A DNA stretch of 64,000 bases from Candidatus Omnitrophota bacterium (GTDB lineage Bacteria > Omnitrophota > Gorgyraeia > Gorgyraeales > Gorgyraeaceae). A program made the position numbers and the translations under genes. The DNA is taken from the NCBI GenBank assembly GCA_018824145.1, contig JAHJHC010000090.1:349-64348 (forward strand), written 5' to 3'. The notes below the pieces were generated by a model. That model ran no database searches and was not told the origin of the DNA. It was given only the letters and a program-made list of their open reading frames with translations. Of this stretch, positions 25,385 through 34,863 are shown in pieces. How positions within the stretch are numbered: position 1 is the first letter of the stretch; every line of letters starts with the position of its first letter.

Positions 25385-27064
25385 TCACATCTTCTCCGGC
25401 GTAGCCACGCCTAACAATGTCAATCCGCTAAAAAGTATCATTTGAACGACTCCTATCAATAAAAGCCTCGCCTTGGTAAGAGAATCGTCATCTGTAACTA
25501 TCCTGTAAGAATCGTAATAAAAATGAAAGATACGCGCTAAATCCTGCAGATAAGACAATAATATATATGGTTCAAGATTGCGTACGGAGGACTCTATGAT
25601 CTTAGGATATTGCATCAAGATTTTAATAATATCGATTTCTTCCGGTTTATCCAACAAATGCAGATCAATACCTTTTAGCGAAGAAATCCTGTAGTCGAGG
25701 TTTAAACCTCGACTACAGGATTCGCCGGCGAATTTAAGGACACTTGCAATCCTGGCATGGGCATATTGGATATAATAAACAGGGTTATCCATGGTCTTCG
25801 CTTTGGCCAGCTCTAAATCAAAATCCAAATGACTGTCTGTACGCCTCATAATAAAAAAGAACCTCGCAGCATCCTTTCCAACCTCATCCATAACCTCTCG
25901 TAACGTTACAAACTCCCCGCCTCTAGTCGACATCCTGACAGGTTTCTTATCTCTATAAAGCGTAACAAGCTGACATATAAGTATTGAAAGCGCATCTTTA
26001 CTATAACCAAGTGCCTGACATGCAGCAGTCAGTCGATTTATGTAGCCATGATGGTCAGGCCCCCAGATATCTATTACCCACTTATATCCTTTTCCAAACT
26101 TTTCCTTATGGTATGCTATGTCAGATGCCAGATAAGTAAGACTCCCGTCACTCTTCATGACAACCCTATCTTTATCATCACCGAATTTCGTAGAGGCAAA
26201 CCATGTAGCGCCGTCCTTTTCGTACAGAAATCCCTTATCCCTTAAAATAGAAAGTGCCTTCTTTAGTTTCCCCGACGAGAACAACTTCTTCTGGCTAAAC
26301 CACACATCGAACTCTACACCAAAATCCATTAGATCTTTTTTTATGGCCTCCATTATACTCTTATATGCATACTCAATAATAAAATCATCGGATAAGGCCT
26401 TTTTATCTTTATTCGAGGCTATTTCTTTGGCTATGTCATAAATGTAGAGGCCCTTGTAACCATTCTCAGGAAACTCATACTCATCTCCCATTAATTCCAT
26501 AACCCTTGCCTTTACCGAGAGCGCCAAGATATTCATCTGCACCCCTTCGTCATTTATATAATACTCTCGCGTAACTTTATATCCGCAAAACTGCAAAATC
26601 CTTGCCAGACTATCTCCTACTGCAGCCTGTCTTCCGTGCGCTATCGTCAATGGGCCGGTCGGGTTGGCACTCACAAACTCGATCTGCACTGATTTACCTT
26701 TTCCTAAAGGTACCTTGCCAAATCCATCTCCCTGGCGAAAAATCTCGGCAATGGCACTGATTACAGCGATATTTGAAAGGTAAAAATTTATAAATCCCGG
26801 CTTTTCTATTTTAATATCTCTGACCACCTCGGGAAGAGCCGGATTTTTTTCTATCTCGTCAAATACTATCGTCGCAAGTTCCATGGGAGATTTTTTCATC
26901 TCCCTGGAAAGACGCATAGCAATATTTGTAGAAAAATCGCCGAATTTTTTATCCTTTGGGACCTCAAGATAAAGACTTGGTAAGACCCTATCGCAACAAT
27001 CCGGAAATATGGTTTTTATGGCTTCCTCAATGGATTTAATTATACTTCGCTCTACATTTGACAT
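25385..27064 (-). CDS. argS: arginine--tRNA ligase
   Basis: 559 aa. HIGH-type motif ANPTGPLTIAHGR. Anticodon-binding DALRY-like C-terminal domain. KMSTRGG-like motif (RMSTRGGEFVTL). Confidence 0.95.
   Translation of the reverse strand: MSNVERSIIKSIEEAIKTIFPDCCDRVLPSLYLEVPKDKKFGDFSTNIAMRLSREMKKSPMELATIVFDEIEKNPALPEVVRDIKIEKPGFINFYLSNIAVISAIAEIFRQGDGFGKVPLGKGKSVQIEFVSANPTGPLTIAHGRQAAVGDSLARILQFCGYKVTREYYINDEGVQMNILALSVKARVMELMGDEYEFPENGYKGLYIYDIAKEIASNKDKKALSDDFIIEYAYKSIMEAIKKDLMDFGVEFDVWFSQKKLFSSGKLKKALSILRDKGFLYEKDGATWFASTKFGDDKDRVVMKSDGSLTYLASDIAYHKEKFGKGYKWVIDIWGPDHHGYINRLTAACQALGYSKDALSILICQLVTLYRDKKPVRMSTRGGEFVTLREVMDEVGKDAARFFFIMRRTDSHLDFDLELAKAKTMDNPVYYIQYAHARIASVLKFAGESCSRGLNLDYRISSLKGIDLHLLDKPEEIDIIKILMQYPKIIESSVRNLEPYILLSYLQDLARIFHFYYDSYRIVTDDDSLTKARLLLIGVVQMILFSGLTLLGVATPEKM
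25685..25722 (-). repeat. perfect 38-bp palindrome embedded in frame in argS (aatcctgtagtcgaggttt|aaacctcgactacaggatt)
   Basis: Seen directly. Encodes SCSRGLNLDYRI within a linker that is about 8-12 aa longer than in E. coli ArgS. Confidence 0.85.
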
Positions 27065-27068
27065 ATAA

Positions 27069-27095
27069 TAAAAAATCGTCCGCCTAAGGCGGACG
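27069..27095 (-). terminator. Rho-independent terminator downstream of the GAF/HD-GYP gene
   Basis: Stem tcgtccgcc / ggcggacga with 3-nt loop, immediately followed on the minus strand by TTTTTT(A). Confidence 0.65.
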
Positions 27096-27136
27096 ACATT
27101 CTAACTTTTTTATTCGTCATTAGCGGTAACTAGTGA

Positions 27137-28249
27137 TTATCTTCTTTTTTTATTGATCGTCTTTAAAAAAATATCGACTATCTTCGGATCAAATTGCGTG
27201 CCTGCACCTTTTAAAAGTTCCTCCTTAGCCCTGCTGGTAGACAAGGCCTTTCTGTAAGGCCTGTCTGATACCATTGATTCATACGCATCGACAACCGAAA
27301 GTATCCTCGCGCCTAAAGGTATCATCTCCTTCTTCAATCTACCGGGGTATCCTTTACCATCACATCTCTCATGATGGCGCAAAATAATAGGCGCCAATTC
27401 GCTTAAAAACCCGATCTGCTCTACAATGCCAGAGCCCAAAATAGGATGCATGACCATTATTTTCCACTCATTATAGTTTAACCTTGACGGCTTACGAAGC
27501 AGGCCGACATCTATCCCTATCTTTCCTATGTCATGCAAGAGACTCGCATACCTCAAAACCTCTCTATCGTGTTCTCCGAGCTTAAGCCTTGATGCAACAT
27601 CCATGCAGTGTGCCATAACGCGCTCTGAATGACCATATGTCTGGCTATCTTTAGCATCTATAATATTCGAAAGCGTCTTGATAGTATTCAAATAACCCAA
27701 GTTAGCCTGTTCGTACAGCTTGGCATTCTCAATGGCAATAGCTGCCTGACTTGCAAACATCGATAATAGCCTAACATCTTCATCCGTGTATTTAAAAGGC
27801 TCTCTATTATATATACTTAAGACACCGATGATCTTAGCTCTCTGCACGAGCGGCACTGTGACTAAAGAACGCAGTCCTTTTTGTTTCGCCAGATAAGGAT
27901 ATTTATAGTACCTTTCCTTGGGCAGATCATTGATTATATACGGCTTCCCGTCTCTAACAACGCGGCCAGCAATACTTTCCCCGACCTTCAGGCTTTTCTT
28001 CCTCTTATAGGAACGGTCACCAAACCCGGAGGCACATTTCAATATCAACTCTTCTCCTTTTTCGTCTAAAAGCCGCAAAGAGCAACTAGATGCACCCATG
28101 ATCTTCTCTGCTTTTCGTGTTATAAGTTTTAAGACTTCGTCTAAATGGAGAGTAGAGGTGATGGATTTTCCAACCTCGTACAAGGCAGAAAGTTGTTTTA
28201 TTTTCTTTTCGAGATCTTTTTTAAGCGTTTTTTTCTCTTTGCTCGACAT
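27137..28249 (-). CDS. GAF domain / HD-GYP phosphodiesterase (cyclic-di-GMP signalling)
   Basis: 370 aa. N-terminal GAF. HD motif LLHDIGKIG. HHERCDGKGYP (GYP motif). RPYR. Confidence 0.85.
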   Translation of the reverse strand: MSSKEKKTLKKDLEKKIKQLSALYEVGKSITSTLHLDEVLKLITRKAEKIMGASSCSLRLLDEKGEELILKCASGFGDRSYKRKKSLKVGESIAGRVVRDGKPYIINDLPKERYYKYPYLAKQKGLRSLVTVPLVQRAKIIGVLSIYNREPFKYTDEDVRLLSMFASQAAIAIENAKLYEQANLGYLNTIKTLSNIIDAKDSQTYGHSERVMAHCMDVASRLKLGEHDREVLRYASLLHDIGKIGIDVGLLRKPSRLNYNEWKIMVMHPILGSGIVEQIGFLSELAPIILRHHERCDGKGYPGRLKKEMIPLGARILSVVDAYESMVSDRPYRKALSTSRAKEELLKGAGTQFDPKIVDIFLKTINKKRR

Positions 28250-28584
28250 AGTCTAACTCTTGGTGCATCACTCCAGAGACCTTCCAAATTATAAAATCTT
28301 CTCAAATCATTATGAAATATATGCACCACCACATCATAGCCATCAATAAGTATCCATCTTGCCTCTTGATAGCCTTCGATATTAGAAATCGGCTCTTTTA
28401 CTTCCAGCAATCCTTTTTGTATGTTATCAGTAATTGCTTGCGCCCGCCGTGTAGATCCTGCGCTTAGCAAAACGAAAAAATCAGTGATATTGGAAAGCTT
28501 TCTCATATCCAATATTACTATATCTTCTGCTTTCTTTGTTCTTGCAATGTCTGCTACATGCAGCGCCTTCTGTCTCGATATCAC
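28198..28584 (-). CDS. rsfS: ribosomal silencing factor RsfS (Iojap family)
   Basis: 128 aa. DIVILDMRKLSNITDFFVLLSAGSTRRAQAI...WILIDGYDVVVHIF. Basic C-terminal tail overlaps the HD-GYP gene start by about 50 nt. Confidence 0.85.
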   Translation of the reverse strand: MISRQKALHVADIARTKKAEDIVILDMRKLSNITDFFVLLSAGSTRRAQAITDNIQKGLLEVKEPISNIEGYQEARWILIDGYDVVVHIFHNDLRRFYNLEGLWSDAPRVRLCRAKRKKRLKKISKRK

Positions 28585-28593
28585 TTCTTATTA

Positions 28594-28662
28594 GTAGATA
28601 GTAGACAATAGACAGTTAAAAATGCAAGGTGCCTCACAAAATCACTGACTACTGTCTACTTA
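28594..28662 (-). terminator. imperfect inverted repeat (tagtagacaatagacagt ... actgactactgtctact) downstream of the small zinc-ribbon gene
   Basis: About 17-bp imperfect stem with 26-nt loop, between the zinc-ribbon gene stop and the rsfS start. Confidence 0.3.
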
Positions 28663-28682
28663 ACGTATGTTAATACGACTAA

Positions 28683-28829
28683 TTACTTTTTGCCAAGGAT
28701 GCAAAACATACTTGTGCCGCATGAAGGACATTTACCTTTTGCTGCCTTTCTTCCGTTCTTCATGGTTATTTCTTTTGAATCTTGAATATCTTTCTTAGCC
28801 TTACATTTCACGCAATAACCTTGAGCCAT
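28683..28829 (-). CDS. small zinc-ribbon protein (48 aa, CxxC...CxxC), not in the supplied ORF track
   Basis: Translation MAQGYCVKCKAKKDIQDSKEITMKNGRKAAKGKCPSCGTSMFCILGKK. Canonical RBS AAGGAGGTG 5 nt upstream of ATG. Confidence 0.6.
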   Translation of the reverse strand: MAQGYCVKCKAKKDIQDSKEITMKNGRKAAKGKCPSCGTSMFCILGKK

Positions 28830-28904
28830 CAAACACCTCCTTAAGATATATAGCTCTAAACAACTCTTTTTTTAAGATCCTTCTCCGCCTGCGGCGAATC
28901 AGGA

Positions 28905-28934
28905 TCAGAAGAAATCTGCTATCAGATTTCTTCT
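28905..28934 (-). terminator. perfect 13-bp hairpin cagaagaaatctg-ctat-cagatttcttctg downstream of nadD
   Basis: Seen directly. About 40 nt after the nadD stop. No strong U-tract, so possibly a processing or attenuation hairpin. Confidence 0.4.
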
Positions 28935-28974
28935 GACTTTAACATAATATCGGTAAGTTGTCAAATAAATTTCA

Positions 28975-29562
28975 CTAAAAACGGTACAACCCATACTGTT
29001 CTATATATTTATTTACTGATTCGGGGACTAGCCTGGATATTGACTGATGGGATTTTATTCTATTCCTTATATCAGTAGATGATATATCTTTGGCCCTTAT
29101 ACTTAAAAGGATAAAACAATGGTCTCTTATAAAAGAAGGGGCGTTTTTGATTTTGAAAGCCGGTCTCTTAACGACTACGAATTTGCAAAGTCTCATAATC
29201 TCTGTGATGTTTTTCCATTGGTCCAGGTCATTTAGAGAATCAGAGCCTGTTATGAAAAATATCTCTGTGGAAGGGGGATATCTTTCCTTTAGCTGACGCA
29301 GCGTCTCTATAGAATAAGACCTGCCTTTTCTTTTTATCTCAATATCCGAAGCTGCAAACTTTCTGTTATCTGCAATGCCGAGTCTGACCATGTTATATCT
29401 ATGTCTTGGTGCCGTGATTCCGACATTTTTCTTGTGAGGTGGTATATTGGTGGGTATAAAAATTATTTTGTTGAGGGATAATTTATCCAGGACCCTTACT
29501 GCAAGATATAAATGGCCTTGATGGATGGGATCAAAAGTCCCTCCTAATATACCTATACGCAT
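28975..29562 (-). CDS. nadD: nicotinate-nucleotide adenylyltransferase
   Basis: 195 aa. GILGGTFDPIHQGHL (HxGH), ISSTDIR motif. Confidence 0.9.
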   Translation of the reverse strand: MRIGILGGTFDPIHQGHLYLAVRVLDKLSLNKIIFIPTNIPPHKKNVGITAPRHRYNMVRLGIADNRKFAASDIEIKRKGRSYSIETLRQLKERYPPSTEIFFITGSDSLNDLDQWKNITEIMRLCKFVVVKRPAFKIKNAPSFIRDHCFILLSIRAKDISSTDIRNRIKSHQSISRLVPESVNKYIEQYGLYRF

Positions 29563-29574
29563 TCGCTACCTTTT

Positions 29575-30948
29575 TTATAAAGAGTGTATTGCCCTATCGT
29601 GCACTGCCTCGGATACTTCCTGAACTACCTCAGACAAGGTAGGATGGGCATGTATTACGCTGGCCAGATTTTCAGAGGTTATACCAAACTGTATGCATGG
29701 TGAAAATTCAGCTATTAATTCTGTTGCATGAGCCCCTATTATCTGTGAGCCTAAAATCTTATCAGTATCATTATCTACTACCAATTTTATAAACCCCTCT
29801 GTCTCGCCTATAACATGCGCCTTTCCGATCGCAGAAAACAAAAATTTTCTAGCCCGCATGTTAATACCTTTCTCTTTTGCACTTTTTTCGGTCAGCCCTA
29901 CACTTGCTATCTCAGGATACGTAAAGATACAATTCGGCACAACACTGTAATCCAAACTCTCTTCTTTCCCGGACATGGTTTCTACGCACACCATACCTTC
30001 TCTGGAAGCCACATGAGCCAATAAAATACCGCCTTTTACGTCTCCTGCGGCATATATATTATTAATATTAGTCCTGAAATGTTTATCTACTTTTATCCAT
30101 CCCCTGTCGCATTCTAAAGAGATGTTCTCAATGCCTAAGCCTTTGGAATTAGGGGATCTCCCAACGCATATAAGAGTCTTCTCCCCGGATAAAGTCTCAC
30201 CATTGGAAAGGACTGCTTTAATACCACCAGCATCCTTTTCTATTCTTTCTACTTTTGTACCTGTAAATATATCTATACCTCTTTTTCTAAAGACCTGCTC
30301 TAATTTCCTGGCTATCTCTCCATCCTCATTCGGCAATAACTGACTCATCATCTCCACGATAGTAATCTTTGAACCGAATGTCCTGAATATCGAGGCAAAT
30401 TCACAGCCGATAACGCCACCGCCCACTATAATTATACTCTTTGGTATAGCCTGTAATTTCAGCATATCAGTGCTCGATAATATGTGCGTACTGTCAAAGG
30501 CCATCCCGGGTATCTCAAATGGAACCGAACCTGTAGCAATCAGTATATTCTTAGCCTCGACCTCTGTAGTACCCGCTACAATATGGGTATTATCTTTTAT
30601 CTGGGCATTTTCTTTAATTATCTCTATCTTCCTTGCCTTCATAAGCATTTCTATGCCGGAGGTCAGTTTTTTAACAATCTTATCTTTTCTCTCGCACACC
30701 TTTGAAAAATCCAACTCGTAATCTTTTACATTCACCCCAACTTCATTCGCCCGCTCTATATTATATAGAGCCATACTACTGACTGAAAGCGCCTTTGTAG
30801 GTATACATCCCCAATTCAAGCACACCCCGCCTATTCTTTCTCTCTCAAAGACAGAGACCTTTAACCCTAATTGCGCAGCCCTTATAGCAGCCACATAACC
30901 GCAAGGCCCGGAACCGATTATAGCAACATCATATCTATTCATTGTCAT
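29575..30948 (-). CDS. lpdA: dihydrolipoyl dehydrogenase
   Basis: 457 aa. YDVAIIGSGPCGYVAA FAD motif, redox-active GGVCLNWGCIPTK, NAD-binding VGGGVIGCE, C-terminal HAHPTLSE dimerisation motif. Confidence 0.9.
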   Translation of the reverse strand: MTMNRYDVAIIGSGPCGYVAAIRAAQLGLKVSVFERERIGGVCLNWGCIPTKALSVSSMALYNIERANEVGVNVKDYELDFSKVCERKDKIVKKLTSGIEMLMKARKIEIIKENAQIKDNTHIVAGTTEVEAKNILIATGSVPFEIPGMAFDSTHILSSTDMLKLQAIPKSIIIVGGGVIGCEFASIFRTFGSKITIVEMMSQLLPNEDGEIARKLEQVFRKRGIDIFTGTKVERIEKDAGGIKAVLSNGETLSGEKTLICVGRSPNSKGLGIENISLECDRGWIKVDKHFRTNINNIYAAGDVKGGILLAHVASREGMVCVETMSGKEESLDYSVVPNCIFTYPEIASVGLTEKSAKEKGINMRARKFLFSAIGKAHVIGETEGFIKLVVDNDTDKILGSQIIGAHATELIAEFSPCIQFGITSENLASVIHAHPTLSEVVQEVSEAVHDRAIHSL

Positions 30949-30978
30949 ACCACCATTTTTGTAATATTTTTAACATGT

Positions 30979-31278
30979 GTTACACTCTAGCACCCAGGTC
31001 AGCAGGTTTTGCTCTGTTTTTCCGCTCGCTCGTCTTTTTGCCAGAGGGCTAAGGCTGCCTGGCACATCAGGAAGATTTTGGCAAAAGTCCGCAAGGATTT
31101 ACGGCGAGCTTCGATCATGTATCCAGGCGCTAGCGTATCACAGAAGCGAGCCGTAAACCGTAGCGGACGGCAAAATCATTCCAGTGCCAGGCAGCCTTAG
31201 CCCTCTGGCAAAAAGACACCATGCCCGCTCGCGGAAAAGAAGCCCCAAAACCTGCTGACCTGGGTGCTAGAGTGTAAC
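30979..31278 (-). mobile_element. about 300-bp MITE-like element with two 33-bp perfect inverted-repeat segments per arm
   Basis: Outer TIR gttacactctagcacccaggtcagcaggttttg (30979-31011) is exactly complementary to 31246-31278. Inner tctttttgccagagggctaaggctgcctggcac (31033-31065) is exactly complementary to 31184-31216. Unique about 118-bp centre. GC content above local background. Confidence 0.6.
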
Positions 31279-31302
31279 GTAACCTTTCAAATATTACATA
31301 AC

Positions 31303-32187
31303 TCACAACTTTTTTATGGATTCACGAATTTGTCGGGCAGATTTTGCAAATGCCTGTTTCTCTTCATCTGTGAGTTCTATTTCAACGATCTCCCTGACTC
31401 CGGAAGAATCCAATGTCACAGGAACCCCCATGTAAATATCGTTCTGGCCATATTCTCCCTGAAGATATACCGAGGCGCAAACTGTCTTTTTCTCATTTTT
31501 TATAATGCATTTGAGCATGTAAAAAACTGCTGCTGACGGTGCGAAATATGCGCTGCCGGTCTTTAAATGCGAGGTAATCTCTGCGCCGCGGTTTTTGGCA
31601 CGGTCTGAAGATTCTTTGAAAATAGTTTCTGATAGGTCTCCTGCTCTATTGATGGCAACCATTGTATCTCCGTGGCTTCCCATCATAAATATTTTATCGC
31701 CGGTTATATTGCCTGCCTTTTCAGAGGCTATATTTATAAATCTAGCTGAATCCAGCACCCCTGCCATACCGATAACCCGTCGGGGCTCGAATCCAGTCTT
31801 TTTCATTACTAAATAGCTCATTACGTCAAGGGGATTAGTAACCACGGTTACTATGGATAAGGGGCACTGCTTGCGTACATGTTCTGATATGTCTCCAAGG
31901 ATCTCTGCGTTTTTTTTCAAAAGGTCATCCCGCGACATACCCGGTTTCCTCGCCAGCCCTGCAGTGATAACCACAATATCAGCACCCTGAATATCCTTAA
32001 AATTATCCGTACCTACAATTTTCACGTTAGAGTTAAGTATAGGCCTTGCATCAGAAATATCCAGGGCCTTTCCTTTTGCCAGGCCAGGAATAATATCCAT
32101 CAAGACAACATCACTAAGGCTAGCATCCACAAGTCTCGACGCTACCATGGAACCGACATTACCGGCACCGATTATTGCAATTTTCAT
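31303..32187 (-). CDS. mdh: malate dehydrogenase (LDH-like MDH family)
   Basis: 294 aa. [12 protein letters not shown] Rossmann motif, [17 protein letters not shown], catalytic GVLDSARF region, SHGDTMV. Confidence 0.88.
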   Translation of the reverse strand: MKIAIIGAGNVGSMVASRLVDASLSDVVLMDIIPGLAKGKALDISDARPILNSNVKIVGTDNFKDIQGADIVVITAGLARKPGMSRDDLLKKNAEILGDISEHVRKQCPLSIVTVVTNPLDVMSYLVMKKTGFEPRRVIGMAGVLDSARFINIASEKAGNITGDKIFMMGSHGDTMVAINRAGDLSETIFKESSDRAKNRGAEITSHLKTGSAYFAPSAAVFYMLKCIIKNEKKTVCASVYLQGEYGQNDIYMGVPVTLDSSGVREIVEIELTDEEKQAFAKSARQIRESIKKL

Positions 32188-33263
32188 AATTTTGCTATTA
32201 TCGCATCTGCCATTTGGCTTGTTCCTACAGCACCAGGGTCATTACGATCTGGTTTTAAATCATAGGTGACATCCTTACCTTCTCGTATGACCTCACTAAC
32301 TGCCTTTTCTAATCTTGAAGCAGCGTCGTTTTCATTCAAATGTCGCAACATAAGCACACCCGAGAGTATCATTGCCGTAGGATTGACCTTGTTCAACCCT
32401 GCATATTTCGGGGCACTACCATGGATCGCCTCGAATAACGCCGAGTCTTCGCCGATATTAGCTCCAGGAGCTATCCCTAGCCCCCCAGCTAATCCTGCAC
32501 ATAAATCAGATAAAATATCTCCATATAAATTAGGGAGCACTAAGACATCGTATAGCTCGGGCTTTTGAACAAGCTGCATACACATATTATCGACTATCCT
32601 GTCTTCAAACTCGACCTTACCCGTATATTCCTCAGACACTTCTCTTGCAACCTTAAGGAATAAACCATCCGTTTCTTTCATGATATTTGCCTTGTGGACA
32701 CAGGTCACTTTCCTTCTTTTATTTTTTACAGCATAGTCAAATGCAAACTTAACTATCCTTCTCGAAGCGCTAATAGATATAGGTTTTATGCTTATAGCGG
32801 AATCTTCTTTTATTGAAGAACCGTTTAACTTCTTTATATATCCGATAAGCTCTTTTGTCTGGCTAAGCCCTTCTTTGAATTCTATCCCTGCGTACAAATC
32901 TTCCGTATTCTCTCTCACTACGACTAAGTCGATCTGATTATATCTACTCCTCACGCCTTTATATAATTTGCACGGTCTCAAACAAGCGTATAAATCCAAG
33001 GACATCCTCAATTGGACATTAACTGACCTGAAGCCTTTACCGACGGGTGTAATTATCGGTCCTTTTATAGCGACTTTATTCTTCCTTATAGAGTCCAGTA
33101 CCTCCTCTGGAAGAACAGAGCCAAATTTTGCTATAGCTTCTTCACCTGCTATTTTTTCCTCCCATTCAATAGCTACACCAGTAGCATCAATACATCGTTT
33201 TGCTGCAAGGCTGACCTCCTTGCCTATACCATCACCCGGAATCAATGTCACTTTGTGCGCCAA
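32184..33263 (-). CDS. isocitrate/isopropylmalate dehydrogenase family enzyme, most similar to NAD-dependent isocitrate (or homoisocitrate) dehydrogenases
   Basis: 359 aa. [27 protein letters not shown] and [20 protein letters not shown] motifs resemble NAD-IDH more than LeuB. Confidence 0.8.
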   Translation of the reverse strand: MAHKVTLIPGDGIGKEVSLAAKRCIDATGVAIEWEEKIAGEEAIAKFGSVLPEEVLDSIRKNKVAIKGPIITPVGKGFRSVNVQLRMSLDLYACLRPCKLYKGVRSRYNQIDLVVVRENTEDLYAGIEFKEGLSQTKELIGYIKKLNGSSIKEDSAISIKPISISASRRIVKFAFDYAVKNKRRKVTCVHKANIMKETDGLFLKVAREVSEEYTGKVEFEDRIVDNMCMQLVQKPELYDVLVLPNLYGDILSDLCAGLAGGLGIAPGANIGEDSALFEAIHGSAPKYAGLNKVNPTAMILSGVLMLRHLNENDAASRLEKAVSEVIREGKDVTYDLKPDRNDPGAVGTSQMADAIIAKL

Positions 33264-33289
33264 TTTAAAACCTCCGTATATTTTGCAAT

Positions 33290-33787
33290 TTAAGTAATCT
33301 TCAAGCCTTCGTATTTTTTATAAAAATTAACTATACCGCCTTCTTCAATCAATGCCTTTTGGAATTTATTAAAAGGTTTTATGCTTAACGAATATCCCTT
33401 TATCGAGCTGGAAACCTCTCCCTTTTTCAAATCGACTTCTATTTCGTCTCCATCTTTTATTATATCTGTGGCGCACTCTATAAGCGGCAACCCCAGATTG
33501 AACGCATTCCTGTAAAATATCCTTGCGAAACTCTCAGCCAAAACTGCCTGCGCACCGGCATATTTAATCGAAAGAGGCGCCTGTTCACGAGACGAACCGC
33601 ATCCAAAATTCTTTCCAGCGACTATAAAAAAAGGACTGCCTTGTATTCTCTTGTAAAAATCCGGTTCGATATCTTCAAATACATGCTTGGCAAGTTCATT
33701 AGGATCAGTGATGCTGAACTTGTACCTGCCGGAGATAATAAGGTCTGTATTTACGTCATCGCCGAATTTATAAACAATACCTTTCAT
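33290..33787 (-). CDS. LeuD-type (aconitase family) dehydratase small subunit, short type-2 form
   Basis: 165 aa. [28 protein letters not shown] motifs. Confidence 0.85.
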   Translation of the reverse strand: MKGIVYKFGDDVNTDLIISGRYKFSITDPNELAKHVFEDIEPDFYKRIQGSPFFIVAGKNFGCGSSREQAPLSIKYAGAQAVLAESFARIFYRNAFNLGLPLIECATDIIKDGDEIEVDLKKGEVSSSIKGYSLSIKPFNKFQKALIEEGGIVNFYKKYEGLKIT

Positions 33788-34836
33788 TACATACTCCTCA
33801 ATTCTTCCGGGCTCTTAACATATGTCTTATATGTCTGTTGGCTTATCATGCCTTTATTAAAGAGTGTCTTCAAAGACTTATCCATTGTATGCATTCCATA
33901 TTGTGCACCTGTCTGAATAAGTGTCAAAAGCTGCTCTGTCTCATGTTCCCGTATAAGATTTCTTATCGCTGACGTTGCGATCATTACCTCTGTGGCAAGG
34001 ACCCTGCCGCCCCTGTCTGCTCTCGGCAAAAGTTGCTGGGAAACAACTCCCTGCAACGTACCTGCCAGCTGAATCTTGACCTGCTGCTGTTGATAAGGAG
34101 GAAAGACGTCTATTATCCTATCGACTGTCTGGGAGGCATCAGGAGTATGGACTGTTGCCATTACCAGATGCCCGGTCTCTGCTGCTGTCAAGACAGTAGA
34201 AATAGTCTCCAAGTCCCTCATTTCGCCGACGACTATAACGTTTGGATCCTGCCTTAAGGCATGGACTAACGCACTAGCAAATGATTTTGTATCTGAATAA
34301 ACCTCTCTTTGCTTTATAATACTGCATTTATTAGTATGTACATATTCTATCGGGTCCTCTACCACGACGATTATCGCCTGCCGTTCATTATTTATACGAT
34401 TCACCATTGCTGAAAGGGTAGTAGTCTTGCCAACCCCAGTAGGCCCCGTGACAAGAATCAGACCTTGTGTCCTTTTACAAAGGTCTGCAACTACTACAGG
34501 CAGACCAAGTTCTTCAGTAGTTTTTATGTTTAACGAAACCATCCTGAATGCAGCCTCAACACTTCCTCTTTGCATATGCACATTTACTCTAACCCTATTT
34601 ACACCGGATATCTCAACAGAAAAATCAAGCTCCAACTCTCTTTCAAAAGTAGCCTTCTGTTTATCGTTTAATACGCTATATACTAAACGTTTACAATCTT
34701 CTCTATTTAATTTCGGGAACATTGATAATGGAATAAGACGGCCGTCTATCCTAACGATAGGCACTGAATCTGTAGTAATATGAAGATCCGAAGCCTTTTT
34801 TTCTGCGGCGACTTTCAAAATACTCTTGATATCCAT
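33787..34836 (-). CDS. pilT: twitching motility / type IV pilus retraction ATPase PilT
   Basis: 349 aa. Walker A GPTGVGKTTTLSAM, Asp box, His box (GHLVMATVHT). PilT-type C-terminus AIRNLIRE. Confidence 0.88.
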   Translation of the reverse strand: MDIKSILKVAAEKKASDLHITTDSVPIVRIDGRLIPLSMFPKLNREDCKRLVYSVLNDKQKATFERELELDFSVEISGVNRVRVNVHMQRGSVEAAFRMVSLNIKTTEELGLPVVVADLCKRTQGLILVTGPTGVGKTTTLSAMVNRINNERQAIIVVVEDPIEYVHTNKCSIIKQREVYSDTKSFASALVHALRQDPNVIVVGEMRDLETISTVLTAAETGHLVMATVHTPDASQTVDRIIDVFPPYQQQQVKIQLAGTLQGVVSQQLLPRADRGGRVLATEVMIATSAIRNLIREHETEQLLTLIQTGAQYGMHTMDKSLKTLFNKGMISQQTYKTYVKSPEELRSM

Positions 34837-34863
34837 ATATCCCTCCGGATAACCATCATGTAA

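Noticed and set aside
31009-31200. 63-aa Arg-rich + strand ORF
   Set aside because: Sits entirely inside the MITE-like inverted-repeat element. It has no RBS, and its start and stop fall within the palindromic arms.
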